Of a stretch of DNA of 64,000 nt, positions 54,481-62,825 are shown one piece after another. The notes below the pieces were generated by a model. The model saw only the letters and a program-made list of their open reading frames with translations, made no database searches and had not been told where the DNA came from. Source of the stretch: a virus; IMG/VR virus record IMGVR_UViG_3300028585_000021, positions 1 to 64,000 of that record; one strand, given 5' to 3'. The position numbers and the translations under genes are program-made. How positions within the stretch are numbered: the first letter of the stretch is position 1; every line of letters starts with the position of its first letter.

Positions 54481-55512
54481 CTATTCTCCGTCCAGTATCC
54501 CCGACATTTTACCTTTTTGACTTTCAGAGCGGCGCAGATAGCGCATAACGGTTTTCGGATCCTGCCAGGTGCCTTCCTGCATGATTTGGGTAATCGTTGC
54601 GTCGCGTTCGGCCATGTCCATCGCCGCACCAACACGGGCGCTGTGACCGGACCATTTTGTATAACGCCCTTTGTTATCCTGCACCGGGTCTTTACCCAGC
54701 AGATCCCATGCGTCTTTGAAAATCTTCTCGGTAGCCGGTGCCGACATAGGTTTTTCAGACACGCCAGCCGTATTGTTATGGCGGACCGGCCCGAAAACCA
54801 TCGCATCCGGATGGTGGATCAGTCCGGAAAGGTCCAGCCAGTGCAACAGATGACCGGCAGCGGCACGGCTGAGGTGCTTTATCACGCCCGCGGCCGTCAC
54901 CATAGTTTTGGTATGTGACAGATTAATCACCACATGGCCACTGTCGCTGATATCCAGATCGCGCACCCGGATGCGGCTGAGCTCGGACATTCGGCACAGT
55001 GTGTTATAGGCGACAAACAGAAATGCCAGGTTACGCTGATCGGTCAGCCGGTCGGAGCGGCCCATGAGATGCGACAGCAGCTGCAGGTCCGGCAGGCGAA
55101 ATGGCACAGCCTGGCCGGTACGCTCACCCTGCAGAACGGCCTCGCGGCGGATGCGTTTCATTGAGCGTTTCAGGTCCACGCTTCCCCGGAGATCTGGCAG
55201 GCCGCTTTCCCGGCATAGCATGTTCATCATGGCATAGTGCTTGTCGATCGTGCTCGATGCCAGGCCGCTTTCTGCCATATCCAGAAAGTATTCCCGCGCC
55301 AGATCAGGGTCGATCGGCAGATAGCCAACGTCACGCTCGCTACACCAGAAGGCCCAGCGACGGATGACTGATAAAAGGTCGCGGAAAGTATTCTCGGAAT
55401 AAGCGGCCTTATCTGCGATGAATCGCCGCAGGTTATTAGCAATGTCCTCCGGAGTTAAATGCGTTAATTCAGCCGGGAGAGTGCCGGTCTTTATTTGAGC
55501 CAGATGTTTCAT
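54481..55512 (-). CDS. cre: Cre-family tyrosine recombinase
   Basis: 343 aa, the same length as P1 Cre. NLAFLFVAYNTLCRMSELSRIRVRDL and WSGHSARVGAAMDMA align with Cre NLAFLGIAYNTLLRIAEIARIRVKDI and WSGHSARVGAARDMA. Confidence 0.9.
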   Translation of the reverse strand: MKHLAQIKTGTLPAELTHLTPEDIANNLRRFIADKAAYSENTFRDLLSVIRRWAFWCSERDVGYLPIDPDLAREYFLDMAESGLASSTIDKHYAMMNMLCRESGLPDLRGSVDLKRSMKRIRREAVLQGERTGQAVPFRLPDLQLLSHLMGRSDRLTDQRNLAFLFVAYNTLCRMSELSRIRVRDLDISDSGHVVINLSHTKTMVTAAGVIKHLSRAAAGHLLHWLDLSGLIHHPDAMVFGPVRHNNTAGVSEKPMSAPATEKIFKDAWDLLGKDPVQDNKGRYTKWSGHSARVGAAMDMAERDATITQIMQEGTWQDPKTVMRYLRRSESQKGKMSGILDGE

Positions 55513-55702
55513 TTATATATTTCATCCCAAATCAGAGAGACAACGCTACGCGAAATCTACAAAAACAGCAGGGGTATGATACGTCAGATTTCACGTAGCG
55601 ACGCCTGATGCAAAACCGCTCACAAAGTACGCAGTTTGCCAGCGGCTTCGCTAATCTGATCATTTGATCATCAACCACTGATCAAGCATACATGAAACAG
55701 GG

Positions 55703-55736
55703 GAAACTTTATATAAGGCTTATTATTTAAAGTTTC
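55703..55736. other. lox-like recombination site (13-8-13)
   Basis: GAAACTTTATATA-AGGCTTAT-TATTTAAAGTTTC. The arms are inverted repeats matching 12/13 and share 9/13 with the loxP arm ATAACTTCGTATA. The site lies 190 bp upstream of cre. Confidence 0.6.
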
Positions 55737-56122
55737 ACTTTTTGGAACTAATCGGGCGCATGCTGGCTTAAAGACTAGCTAAATCGAAAAATTTGCAAAT
55801 TCGTTACGCTATTGTTCGTGATCGCGAGCAGGCCTTCATATATGATCAATTGGCATTCAATTTGATTGCAGACAGTTACTATTATCAGTTGAGGCTATTG
55901 CCCTGAGCGCGCTGCGCCTGGTAATGGTTACACAAACCTGAACACACAGTTTCATTGATAAGCGTGTACAGCGGAAATATCTGACAGATGCACAATGCAG
56001 ACTATTCTTATTATTGCAATTCTAAGGAGAGTTAATTTTACATGGCTACTGATTCTGTCTATATTCGCCTGCATTAAGTCCAGAGAGACTTGTACCGCTC
56101 ATTAATATTTTTGGAATACATT

Positions 56123-57205
56123 ATGCCTAACTTCAGCGATGTAGAATTTGAGAAGCGTTATAAACAATTTCTACAGGTACAATCAGAGTGGCTAACTCTC
56201 ATTACGGACCACCAGATTTTCATTGATAAAAATGCCTTGGGTGAAGAATGCCGTCCAATCGGGTTTATCACTGACAAGAAAGCCTTCCAGCGCGCCGAGC
56301 ACCTGCTGGCCGATTGGCAGAGTTTTGCTGACCTGGCAGAACAGAAACGTAAAGAGCGTTCTATCGCTATCACCACAAACCTCTATCTTCCAGTTCCGAC
56401 TCTGATAGTTAATCCTAAGCACGTCACCATTAACCGCTTCCGCGCTACTGCGACCGCGAACCACACACGCGAAGATATCCTCAAACGTTATGAGAAGCAG
56501 ATCGGTAAGCTGCGCAAAGTTCCGTTTGCAGCCGGTGCCATCATGTCACTGGAAGATGAGAAAAAGGTATTTGAAGAGGCCGCGCCTGGCGCAATGTACC
56601 GCGCACGCACCAGCAACTACTCTGACATTCAGGTAACGGCGCGTTACACCGACGACAAGAAAGACGAAGGTGAATCGTTCCGGTATGGCGCGCACGGCAT
56701 GCTTATCTACGGCGACAACCTGAATAAAGAGCGCGACATTAAGCTAAACGTTAACAGCAACGGAGGTTACACGTCGGCTTATGATGCGATCTCTCCAGTC
56801 ACATGCTCAGTGCTGCCTAATGCCAAGCTGTACACTATGGAAGACGTAGAATACAGCAAAACCCTGGCGGCGCAGCGGTCCTCAGTTGCCTACACCGTCA
56901 ATACGCGCCGCGCTCAGTTTGAAAACCGGGCAAAGGCTAAGATTGCGAAGGCAAAAGACGCACAGGAAGCGCGTCTGTTTAAGGCTGAAATCGACGAAAA
57001 CCGCGACCTGCTGGAAAAGCTGGAGGCCTATGACTGGAGCCTTCTTGATAAGAAAGTGGCAGCTGGCGATACAGAACAGCTGACTATGCCGGAAATTCGT
57101 AAGCGTTACGGTGGTGAAGAGCCTCGCGCCGGTAAAAACATGCGCAATATGTACACTTTGCTGCGTGAGTTAGAAAGTAATCAGAAAAAGCAGGGCCAAG
57201 AATAA
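56123..57205 (+). CDS. Candidate C1-like master repressor of lytic functions
   Basis: On the opposite strand between pacB and cre, as P1 c1 is. LYLPVPTLI and AKLYTMEDVEYSK resemble P1 C1 ILYPVPNIL and AKIYRLADIENVKK (recalled from memory). Start set at MPNF with a GGAA Shine-Dalgarno. Confidence 0.45.
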   Translation: MPNFSDVEFEKRYKQFLQVQSEWLTLITDHQIFIDKNALGEECRPIGFITDKKAFQRAEHLLADWQSFADLAEQKRKERSIAITTNLYLPVPTLIVNPKHVTINRFRATATANHTREDILKRYEKQIGKLRKVPFAAGAIMSLEDEKKVFEEAAPGAMYRARTSNYSDIQVTARYTDDKKDEGESFRYGAHGMLIYGDNLNKERDIKLNVNSNGGYTSAYDAISPVTCSVLPNAKLYTMEDVEYSKTLAAQRSSVAYTVNTRRAQFENRAKAKIAKAKDAQEARLFKAEIDENRDLLEKLEAYDWSLLDKKVAAGDTEQLTMPEIRKRYGGEEPRAGKNMRNMYTLLRELESNQKKQGQE

Positions 57206-57235
57206 TCAGTATCCTGCCACCAGCAATGAAAACAG

Positions 57236-57259
57236 AAGGGCGCTTATGCGCCCTTTTTT
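57236..57259 (+). terminator. Rho-independent terminator after the C1-like gene
   Basis: GAAGGGCGC-ttat-GCGCCCTTTTTT. Confidence 0.75.
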
Positions 57260-57328
57260 ATTGCCGTCAATCTGCCGCTTCGCCTGGTTGTTAAGCAGTT
57301 ACTGACTATAGTGGTTGCCCGCTGGTGG

Positions 57329-58840
57329 TCATGTCAGCAGTGCATCCAGTTCCGACAGTTCATCCAGCTTACTCTGTGTGAAGTCAGCCATATCTTCGCT
57401 CAGTTCGGCCTCTGCCGGACGGTAGCCAATCAGGAAGATGAAGCAGTAGGTATCCCAGCGGTCAGGCGACTTGATGTTAAGTTTCTGGCGCATCTGCGGC
57501 TTAGGTACCATCATGATACGGCCCATTTCATCCATAAAGTACGGAATCTTTGAAGCCTGCTCTGCCGTGTGCTGCGAGATATCAATGCGCATACGGCCCG
57601 ACCGGATCGCATCAGCGGCCATAATGTTCGACCAGGCGCGCTGATTCTTAAAGCGCTCCCTCACCTTCTTACTGAATGGCGGCTGGCCCCAGCGGATACT
57701 GACTGCATTCACACCCCGGCGCTCCAGCTGCTTAAGCGTACCCGATCCCACGCCATCACCGTCCACTGCGATCGTAATGCCTGGATAGCGCTCCTGCGTG
57801 CATTCGTTGGCAATATAGTCACCGAATGTGATCGGGTCCATTGTGCCTGGCATTTCCACCAGCTTAAACGACACGACGCGGCGGGCATCACCGTAGCCGG
57901 ATACCTTGCAGATATTGAGTATCGACTTATCGCGCCCGTTACCGACGTCGGCGGTGGCCACCCATCCCCAGCCCTTCTCCAGATACACTTTCCGGCGCGC
58001 TGCTCGATCGCACTCGTCACGTCCCAACAGATAGCCGCTCACGTTGCGCGGGAAGCGGCCCAGCACCTTCACCATGTATTCCAGTGAATCGCGCCCGCCG
58101 TACTCCACCAGCTTCTCCCGGATGAATTTCAGGGTTACGTGCGGCGCTTCTTCGGAGTTGAGCACAATGGCATTCCAGAAGCCGTTAGGGTTATCCGGGT
58201 GTCTGGCTAAAGAATGGTGCGAGTCATAGAAGTAACCACTGGGGCGAGTAGGCTGCGACATCATCAGCATGCGGTTATCGTCTTCTGTCAGCGCACCACG
58301 CATGATTGCGATCGCTTTATCAGAGATACCCGACGCCTCATCGAGAATCAGCAGGATGTGCGCGGCGTGCTCACCGGCCAGCGCTTCCTCATTCCCCAGG
58401 CGATAGCCCTTACAGAGCACCTCCCATATGCCCTTACGCGACTTTTCATAAAACATAGTGTCGGTCAGGGTAAAGTAGTTTTGAAGCCACGGGTGCCGTC
58501 TGGCGGCGTTCGCCCAGTAGGTTTTAACGTACTTGAATACGCCGGTCTTAACCTGCCCGATTTTGTTGGCCACGATGATTACGCGGGCATCCGGATACAT
58601 GATCATGTAGATAAGCAGCATCATGGCCGTCAGGGATGATTTACCGGTACCGTGTCCGGACGTCACGGTAGTCTGGCTCCCCGTCTCCTGTACGGAGTTC
58701 ATGATCTCTTCCTGCTGCCAGGTGGGGATCATGCCAAACAGCTCAACGACGGCCAGCGCCCAGTTATAGCGGTACCGGATAACCATATCGCGCCAGCGCG
58801 GGTCCGTGGTGACACTTTTAATACGCTTCTGGCCACCCAT
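57329..58840 (-). CDS. pacB: Terminase large subunit (P1 PacB-like)
   Basis: 503 aa. Walker A SGHGTGKS, Walker B LLILDEASG and a C-terminal nuclease region. Its start overlaps the pacA-like stop. Confidence 0.85.
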   Translation of the reverse strand: MGGQKRIKSVTTDPRWRDMVIRYRYNWALAVVELFGMIPTWQQEEIMNSVQETGSQTTVTSGHGTGKSSLTAMMLLIYMIMYPDARVIIVANKIGQVKTGVFKYVKTYWANAARRHPWLQNYFTLTDTMFYEKSRKGIWEVLCKGYRLGNEEALAGEHAAHILLILDEASGISDKAIAIMRGALTEDDNRMLMMSQPTRPSGYFYDSHHSLARHPDNPNGFWNAIVLNSEEAPHVTLKFIREKLVEYGGRDSLEYMVKVLGRFPRNVSGYLLGRDECDRAARRKVYLEKGWGWVATADVGNGRDKSILNICKVSGYGDARRVVSFKLVEMPGTMDPITFGDYIANECTQERYPGITIAVDGDGVGSGTLKQLERRGVNAVSIRWGQPPFSKKVRERFKNQRAWSNIMAADAIRSGRMRIDISQHTAEQASKIPYFMDEMGRIMMVPKPQMRQKLNIKSPDRWDTYCFIFLIGYRPAEAELSEDMADFTQSKLDELSELDALLT

Positions 58841-60114
58841 CAGGCTTCATCCTCGCCCGGTATAACGTCTATCTCAGGCGGTAAATCGTCGTCGTCGCCG
58901 TACAGCTCCGCCGTGGCCATATAGTCAAAGTTGCCTTTCAGATTACCCTCGCCCGCCGTTTCGCCGGCGCGGCTCTCTCCGTCCGCCTGGACGTCACCAA
59001 ATCCGCCACCATCCACCAGCGCCGCGACTGCTGCACGCCGTTCCTCTACAAAGGCCGCGCTGGTGGCCTGCTGCTCGCGGAACTTCCGCGCATCCTGGTC
59101 CAGCTGGTCTTCAGTAACCGCCCCGGTTTCATCAACTGGCGGCTCGGCGTTCTTGAGCTCGTTCTCAAGGCGTCGGGATAGCGACTCCGGCAGCTTGATA
59201 CCGTGCCGCTCGATGTACTCTGCCGTCTGGAGTAAGTCCCAGTCCTTTTCCTCGCGCAGCTGGTAAGCGCGGCTGATCACCTCACCGGCGTTATGCGTCA
59301 GCGCATGCTTCTCGTTGTCGCGCCGATTCTTATCGGTGCCGCTGGCAATCGCGGCTACGCGTGTGGCGTGGTCATTGACCAGATAACCGACCTCGATCAT
59401 CAGCTTGGTCATCTTCAGGATAGGGTGAGGCCCGCCGCCGCCCTCGTCATCCCCCTTTTTGCCGCCGTTCTCCAGGTTGTCGGCTTCCAGCTCAAACAGT
59501 TCTACCGCCCGCGCCGTAGTGCGCTTTAGCAGGTCCATGTGTGCCAGCGAGTCAAACAGCACCGTCATGGCGCTGGCTTCCACACCTTCGCCCAGCACCT
59601 CTAAAGCCGCTTCATAATCTTCCGGCCGCGGGTAGCCGCGCCGGTTGGCCACCAGCTTAGTTTCATGCCCTTCCTCAAAGGGTTTACCTTCCCCGCGGGG
59701 CTTAGAGACGTGTTTCGGGCGCCCGGAATCCTGATCACCGGCATTTATGATCTTTTTGGCATGTGAAGCATTAGGCTTTTTCTTCGCGCCAGACTGCGCT
59801 GATGTGTCAGCGCGTGGTTCCAGCACCCCCTCTAAAGCCGCACTGTGCCTGACTTTTCGCCCGTTTCGGCGGATGATCAGGTCTTCTTTTCTGGTGTGAT
59901 CATTTTGATGATCAGAAGCGTGATCACTCGAATGATCATGATTGTGATCACCAGCCTGATCACTCATTGCGGCCAGCGCCTTGCCGTTCAACTCCCGGCG
60001 TGCGGTGTTAAACGGCAGACCGTAGTGCTCACAGTACTCTTTGACGGTTATCCCGCTCTGCGCCTTCTGCTCGATGAAGGCTTTTCTGTGGTCATCCCAG
60101 TTAACTTTGGACAT
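58840..60114 (-). CDS. pacA: Terminase small / pac-recognition subunit (P1 PacA-like)
   Basis: 424 aa. N-terminal HTH (ITVKEYCEHYGLPFNTARREL). It contains a TGATCA hexamer array in its 5-prime part, as P1 pacA does. Confidence 0.75.
   Translation of the reverse strand: MSKVNWDDHRKAFIEQKAQSGITVKEYCEHYGLPFNTARRELNGKALAAMSDQAGDHNHDHSSDHASDHQNDHTRKEDLIIRRNGRKVRHSAALEGVLEPRADTSAQSGAKKKPNASHAKKIINAGDQDSGRPKHVSKPRGEGKPFEEGHETKLVANRRGYPRPEDYEAALEVLGEGVEASAMTVLFDSLAHMDLLKRTTARAVELFELEADNLENGGKKGDDEGGGGPHPILKMTKLMIEVGYLVNDHATRVAAIASGTDKNRRDNEKHALTHNAGEVISRAYQLREEKDWDLLQTAEYIERHGIKLPESLSRRLENELKNAEPPVDETGAVTEDQLDQDARKFREQQATSAAFVEERRAAVAALVDGGGFGDVQADGESRAGETAGEGNLKGNFDYMATAELYGDDDDLPPEIDVIPGEDEA
59874..59962. 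other. Candidate pac site: seven TGATCA hexamers, six at exact 12-bp phasing
   Basis: TGATCA at 59874, 59897, 59909, 59921, 59933, 59945 and 59957, inside pacA. This stretch encodes DH-rich SDQAGDHNHDHSSDHASDHQNDH. Confidence 0.6.
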
Positions 60115-60154
60115 GGTTTATCGTTCAAAAAAGGCCAATAAACCGGGATGGTAT

Positions 60155-60168
60155 GGAGTCTGTAATTT
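60155..60168 (-). promoter_or_regulatory. Late-operon promoter-like motif, copy A2 (plus-strand GGAGTCTGTAATTT)
   Basis: Identical 14-mer to 1808-1821, 45 nt upstream of the pacA start. GTGATCA-caataa-TGATCAC lies just beyond it. Confidence 0.45.
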
Positions 60169-60299
60169 GCAGTGATCACAATAATGATCACGGACTACTC
60201 AAACGCGCTGGAAAGTTACCGTTTAAGTGTCATTTTTTTAAAATTAGTGGTACTTTTGAATCTCAATCAAAGTACGAAATAAACCACTGGATAATTTAA

Positions 60300-61424
60300 A
60301 TGACTAATAAGAAAGCTGTTTTAGTAGCTGTAGATGCGGGTTCAGGCAACGTAACGATTGCCTACGAGGAAAAAGGCCAATGGCTCTCCCTTATCACCCC
60401 GTCGCTGGTCCATGAAGGCCACCAGCAGTCCTACTCAAACCATGCGTCATCTACCTGGTTTACCGAAAATGACAACGGGAATGAAGCAGCCTATACCGTC
60501 GTAAAAAAGGGCTTTACTGACCTGTACGACACCTGCGACCCGGATTATCAGATTTCTGCCCCACACCGCGTGCTGGTTCATGAATGCCTGAAACGTGCGG
60601 GCATCGTGGATTGCGACGTCATCTTGGGTGAAACCCTGCCAATCGGGCAGTTCTATAGCGGCACCGGCGTTATCAATCAGGACCGCATCAACCGCAAAGT
60701 TGAAAGCCTGAAAAAGCCTGTGCGCAACTACAGCGGCGACGTTGCTCCAGCGCGTATCAAACATGTTGAAGTCTTCCCGGAGGCCGTACCGGCGATTCTG
60801 GCCGCGCAGACAGAGTTTCCTGACCTGGAACAGGCACAGACCATTCTGGTGATTGATATCGGCAGATTCACTTGTGATATCGCTATCGTGGATGAAGAGC
60901 TGGTGCCGATTAAGAAGGCCAGCTTTGAGCACGGCATTCAGAAGATGATTAATCGCGTTCTGGTGCTGCTGCAGGAGTTCGAAAAAACTTCTGGCCGCTC
61001 ATTCAACGCAGAAGAAATCCCGGTTGGTATCGTGGACGACATTATCCGTCAGGGTTACATCGGTTCCCGTATGGAAGCAGCCAAAGACAAGCGTATCGAC
61101 GTAACCAGCGTTATCGATCAGGCAGCGGGTGAACTGGCGTCTGAAATCTGGCGTGACGTGCGCTCTCTGCTGCGCAACGTAATCGCCCTTGACGCTGTTC
61201 TGGTTGTTGGTGGCGGTGCTAACTATCTGGCAGGCCGTCAGGCAGGTCTGAGCGACCATACAGCTGATTGGCACGATATGGTCATCATCCCGGCACAGCC
61301 GGAGCTTTCCATTGCGCGTGGCGTGTTTATGGCTCTTATGTCGTCAGAGGACGAGCTGCGCGACACGATCAAAGAAACGGCGACCGTAAGCGATATCAAA
61401 AGCCGCGCCAGCGATAAAGGTTAA
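60300..61424 (+). CDS. parM: ParM/StbA actin-like plasmid segregation ATPase
   Basis: 374 aa. Actin-fold motifs VAVDAGSGN, LVIDIGRFTCDIA and LVVGGGANY. Confidence 0.85.
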   Translation: MTNKKAVLVAVDAGSGNVTIAYEEKGQWLSLITPSLVHEGHQQSYSNHASSTWFTENDNGNEAAYTVVKKGFTDLYDTCDPDYQISAPHRVLVHECLKRAGIVDCDVILGETLPIGQFYSGTGVINQDRINRKVESLKKPVRNYSGDVAPARIKHVEVFPEAVPAILAAQTEFPDLEQAQTILVIDIGRFTCDIAIVDEELVPIKKASFEHGIQKMINRVLVLLQEFEKTSGRSFNAEEIPVGIVDDIIRQGYIGSRMEAAKDKRIDVTSVIDQAAGELASEIWRDVRSLLRNVIALDAVLVVGGGANYLAGRQAGLSDHTADWHDMVIIPAQPELSIARGVFMALMSSEDELRDTIKETATVSDIKSRASDKG

Positions 61425-61426
61425 CT

Positions 61427-61978
61427 ATGAGTCAGGTATTAAGATTAAGTGGGTTGGAGGACGACGGGTTACTTACCGGCGCTGCTCTGAATGAATATAA
61501 CCGGTTGCAGACCAACGCGGCGAAGCGTAGCTACCTGGTGCGTCTGGTACGCAGTGGCTACGCGCTGGATGAAATGGGCTTAAGTCCCGTCATCGAACTG
61601 TTGCAGACAACGGACGGAAAGAAGTTCCTGAAAATGTCTGAGCGTGAGCGCCTGCAGCGTCTGCTTACCATGATCAGCGCTCTGCTGGGTGAAAGCGCTG
61701 GTGTGCCGGTTGCTGCTGCGCCAGCAGGCGTACAGTCAGCCCCACCAGCGGCAGAACAGGCTATGCCAGAGTCAGTAGCGCCACCAGCAGCAGAAGCCCT
61801 GCCAGCTGAGCCTGTAGCTACTGCCAGTGAGCCTGCGCAGCCCGTTGCTGCTCCTGCCCGGAGTACATCTGAGTCATCAGACGATGATGATAAGCCACAG
61901 GCATGGGGCGGTCCGTCAATGGCTAAAGCAGGCAAAGCACGCAGCCTGCTTGCGGCTAACAAAAAGAACGCCGGATAG
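61427..61978 (+). CDS. ParR/StbB-like centromere-binding adaptor (putative)
   Basis: 183-aa ORF 2 nt after parM. It has a small structured N-terminus followed by an Ala/Pro-rich linker and an acidic-basic tail. The call is based on position. Confidence 0.5.
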   Translation: MSQVLRLSGLEDDGLLTGAALNEYNRLQTNAAKRSYLVRLVRSGYALDEMGLSPVIELLQTTDGKKFLKMSERERLQRLLTMISALLGESAGVPVAAAPAGVQSAPPAAEQAMPESVAPPAAEALPAEPVATASEPAQPVAAPARSTSESSDDDDKPQAWGGPSMAKAGKARSLLAANKKNAG

Positions 61979-61999
61979 TCCTGATTACCTTAGCCCCGT

Positions 62000-62407
62000 T
62001 CACATGAGCGGGGCATTCTCTATCCTTCCCCTTCTGCACATATCCATCAGTTCCCTCGCCATTGCGCACACCGACATTTGCTCCATTTCCTTTTTCTGTA
62101 GAACCTGCTTCGTGGCGCTTTCCACACACAGCGAACCGTAATTGAGATCCTTTCTTCCGCGTACCTTGAAGATATAGCCGTTCATGGCCTCCAGCCGATA
62201 CTGGCGGGGATACGCGTCGGGATGTACCCGGCATTGTGCGAACGGCGAACGAACAAAAGAGCGCAGGATATTGGAGATAATGCCGGTATTCACCACTAAG
62301 TGCGGGTATTCAGTTTCCACCAGCTTAGTGACTTCGGCTACTGTCATGTAGTCCCGTCTGCGTATTAACAGATCGGCTACCTCTATACTGCTCACCTTTT
62401 GGTCCAT
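62000..62407 (-). CDS. Hypothetical protein (possible Lpa-like late activator, by position and operator)
   Basis: 135-aa ORF. An operator-like AATTCTAAGG lies 35-45 nt upstream (62438-62447). In P1 the C1-controlled lpa gene lies next to pacA. Speculative. Confidence 0.3.
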   Translation of the reverse strand: MDQKVSSIEVADLLIRRRDYMTVAEVTKLVETEYPHLVVNTGIISNILRSFVRSPFAQCRVHPDAYPRQYRLEAMNGYIFKVRGRKDLNYGSLCVESATKQVLQKKEMEQMSVCAMARELMDMCRRGRIENAPLM

Positions 62408-62825
62408 GTACTGCTCCGCTTGAATTGACTACAAGCAATTCTAAGGATTGTGTAATCCGAGCAAGTGCGAACGATGTAAATATCGCCATTATTAGCAGGT
62501 ATGAATGGGTTTTCAGGATGATTCTGGCTAAGACAGGCGTATGGCTAAACTGGCTGATGGGCTTTATCGGGACGTGACGATCGCAGTACTGGCAGTGTAC
62601 TCCAGTGCTCTTAACGGCCTTGGATAGGTCCACCATAAGTTAAAGTGCTGCGCGGTATTATCACGGAAAAACTGGATATGTTACTTAGAGTTTGAACAAT
62701 GTGCAGTGTGTTGCCGGTGCCGGACGAGGGTGTTCATCCGGCGATCATGTATCAGGTAGTGGCTTACTGCTCTGAACCAGAAAGTTACTCTGTCACGTCC
62801 AGACTACTGACTTTCACTGTTCCCG

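Noticed and set aside
54363-54918. 147-aa and 166-aa ORFs overlapping the 3-prime part of cre
   Set aside because: They are embedded in or antisense to the well-supported Cre homolog, with no ribosome-binding sites and Arg/Cys/Trp-rich products.
55759-56122. Search for a coi-like small ORF or a second regulator between the lox-like site and the C1-like gene
   Set aside because: Every ATG-initiated frame on the plus strand stops within 15 codons or fewer. The best Shine-Dalgarno (AAGGAG at 56024) precedes only a 10-11-codon ORF. No gene is called.
59874-59962. The TGATCA array read as a simple coding microsatellite (His-Asp repeat) or an IS end
   Set aside because: The period is 12 bp, with a conserved palindromic hexamer and variable 6-bp linkers, and it lies in the gene where P1 places pac. 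No transposase or terminal inverted repeats are nearby. It is kept as a pac candidate instead.
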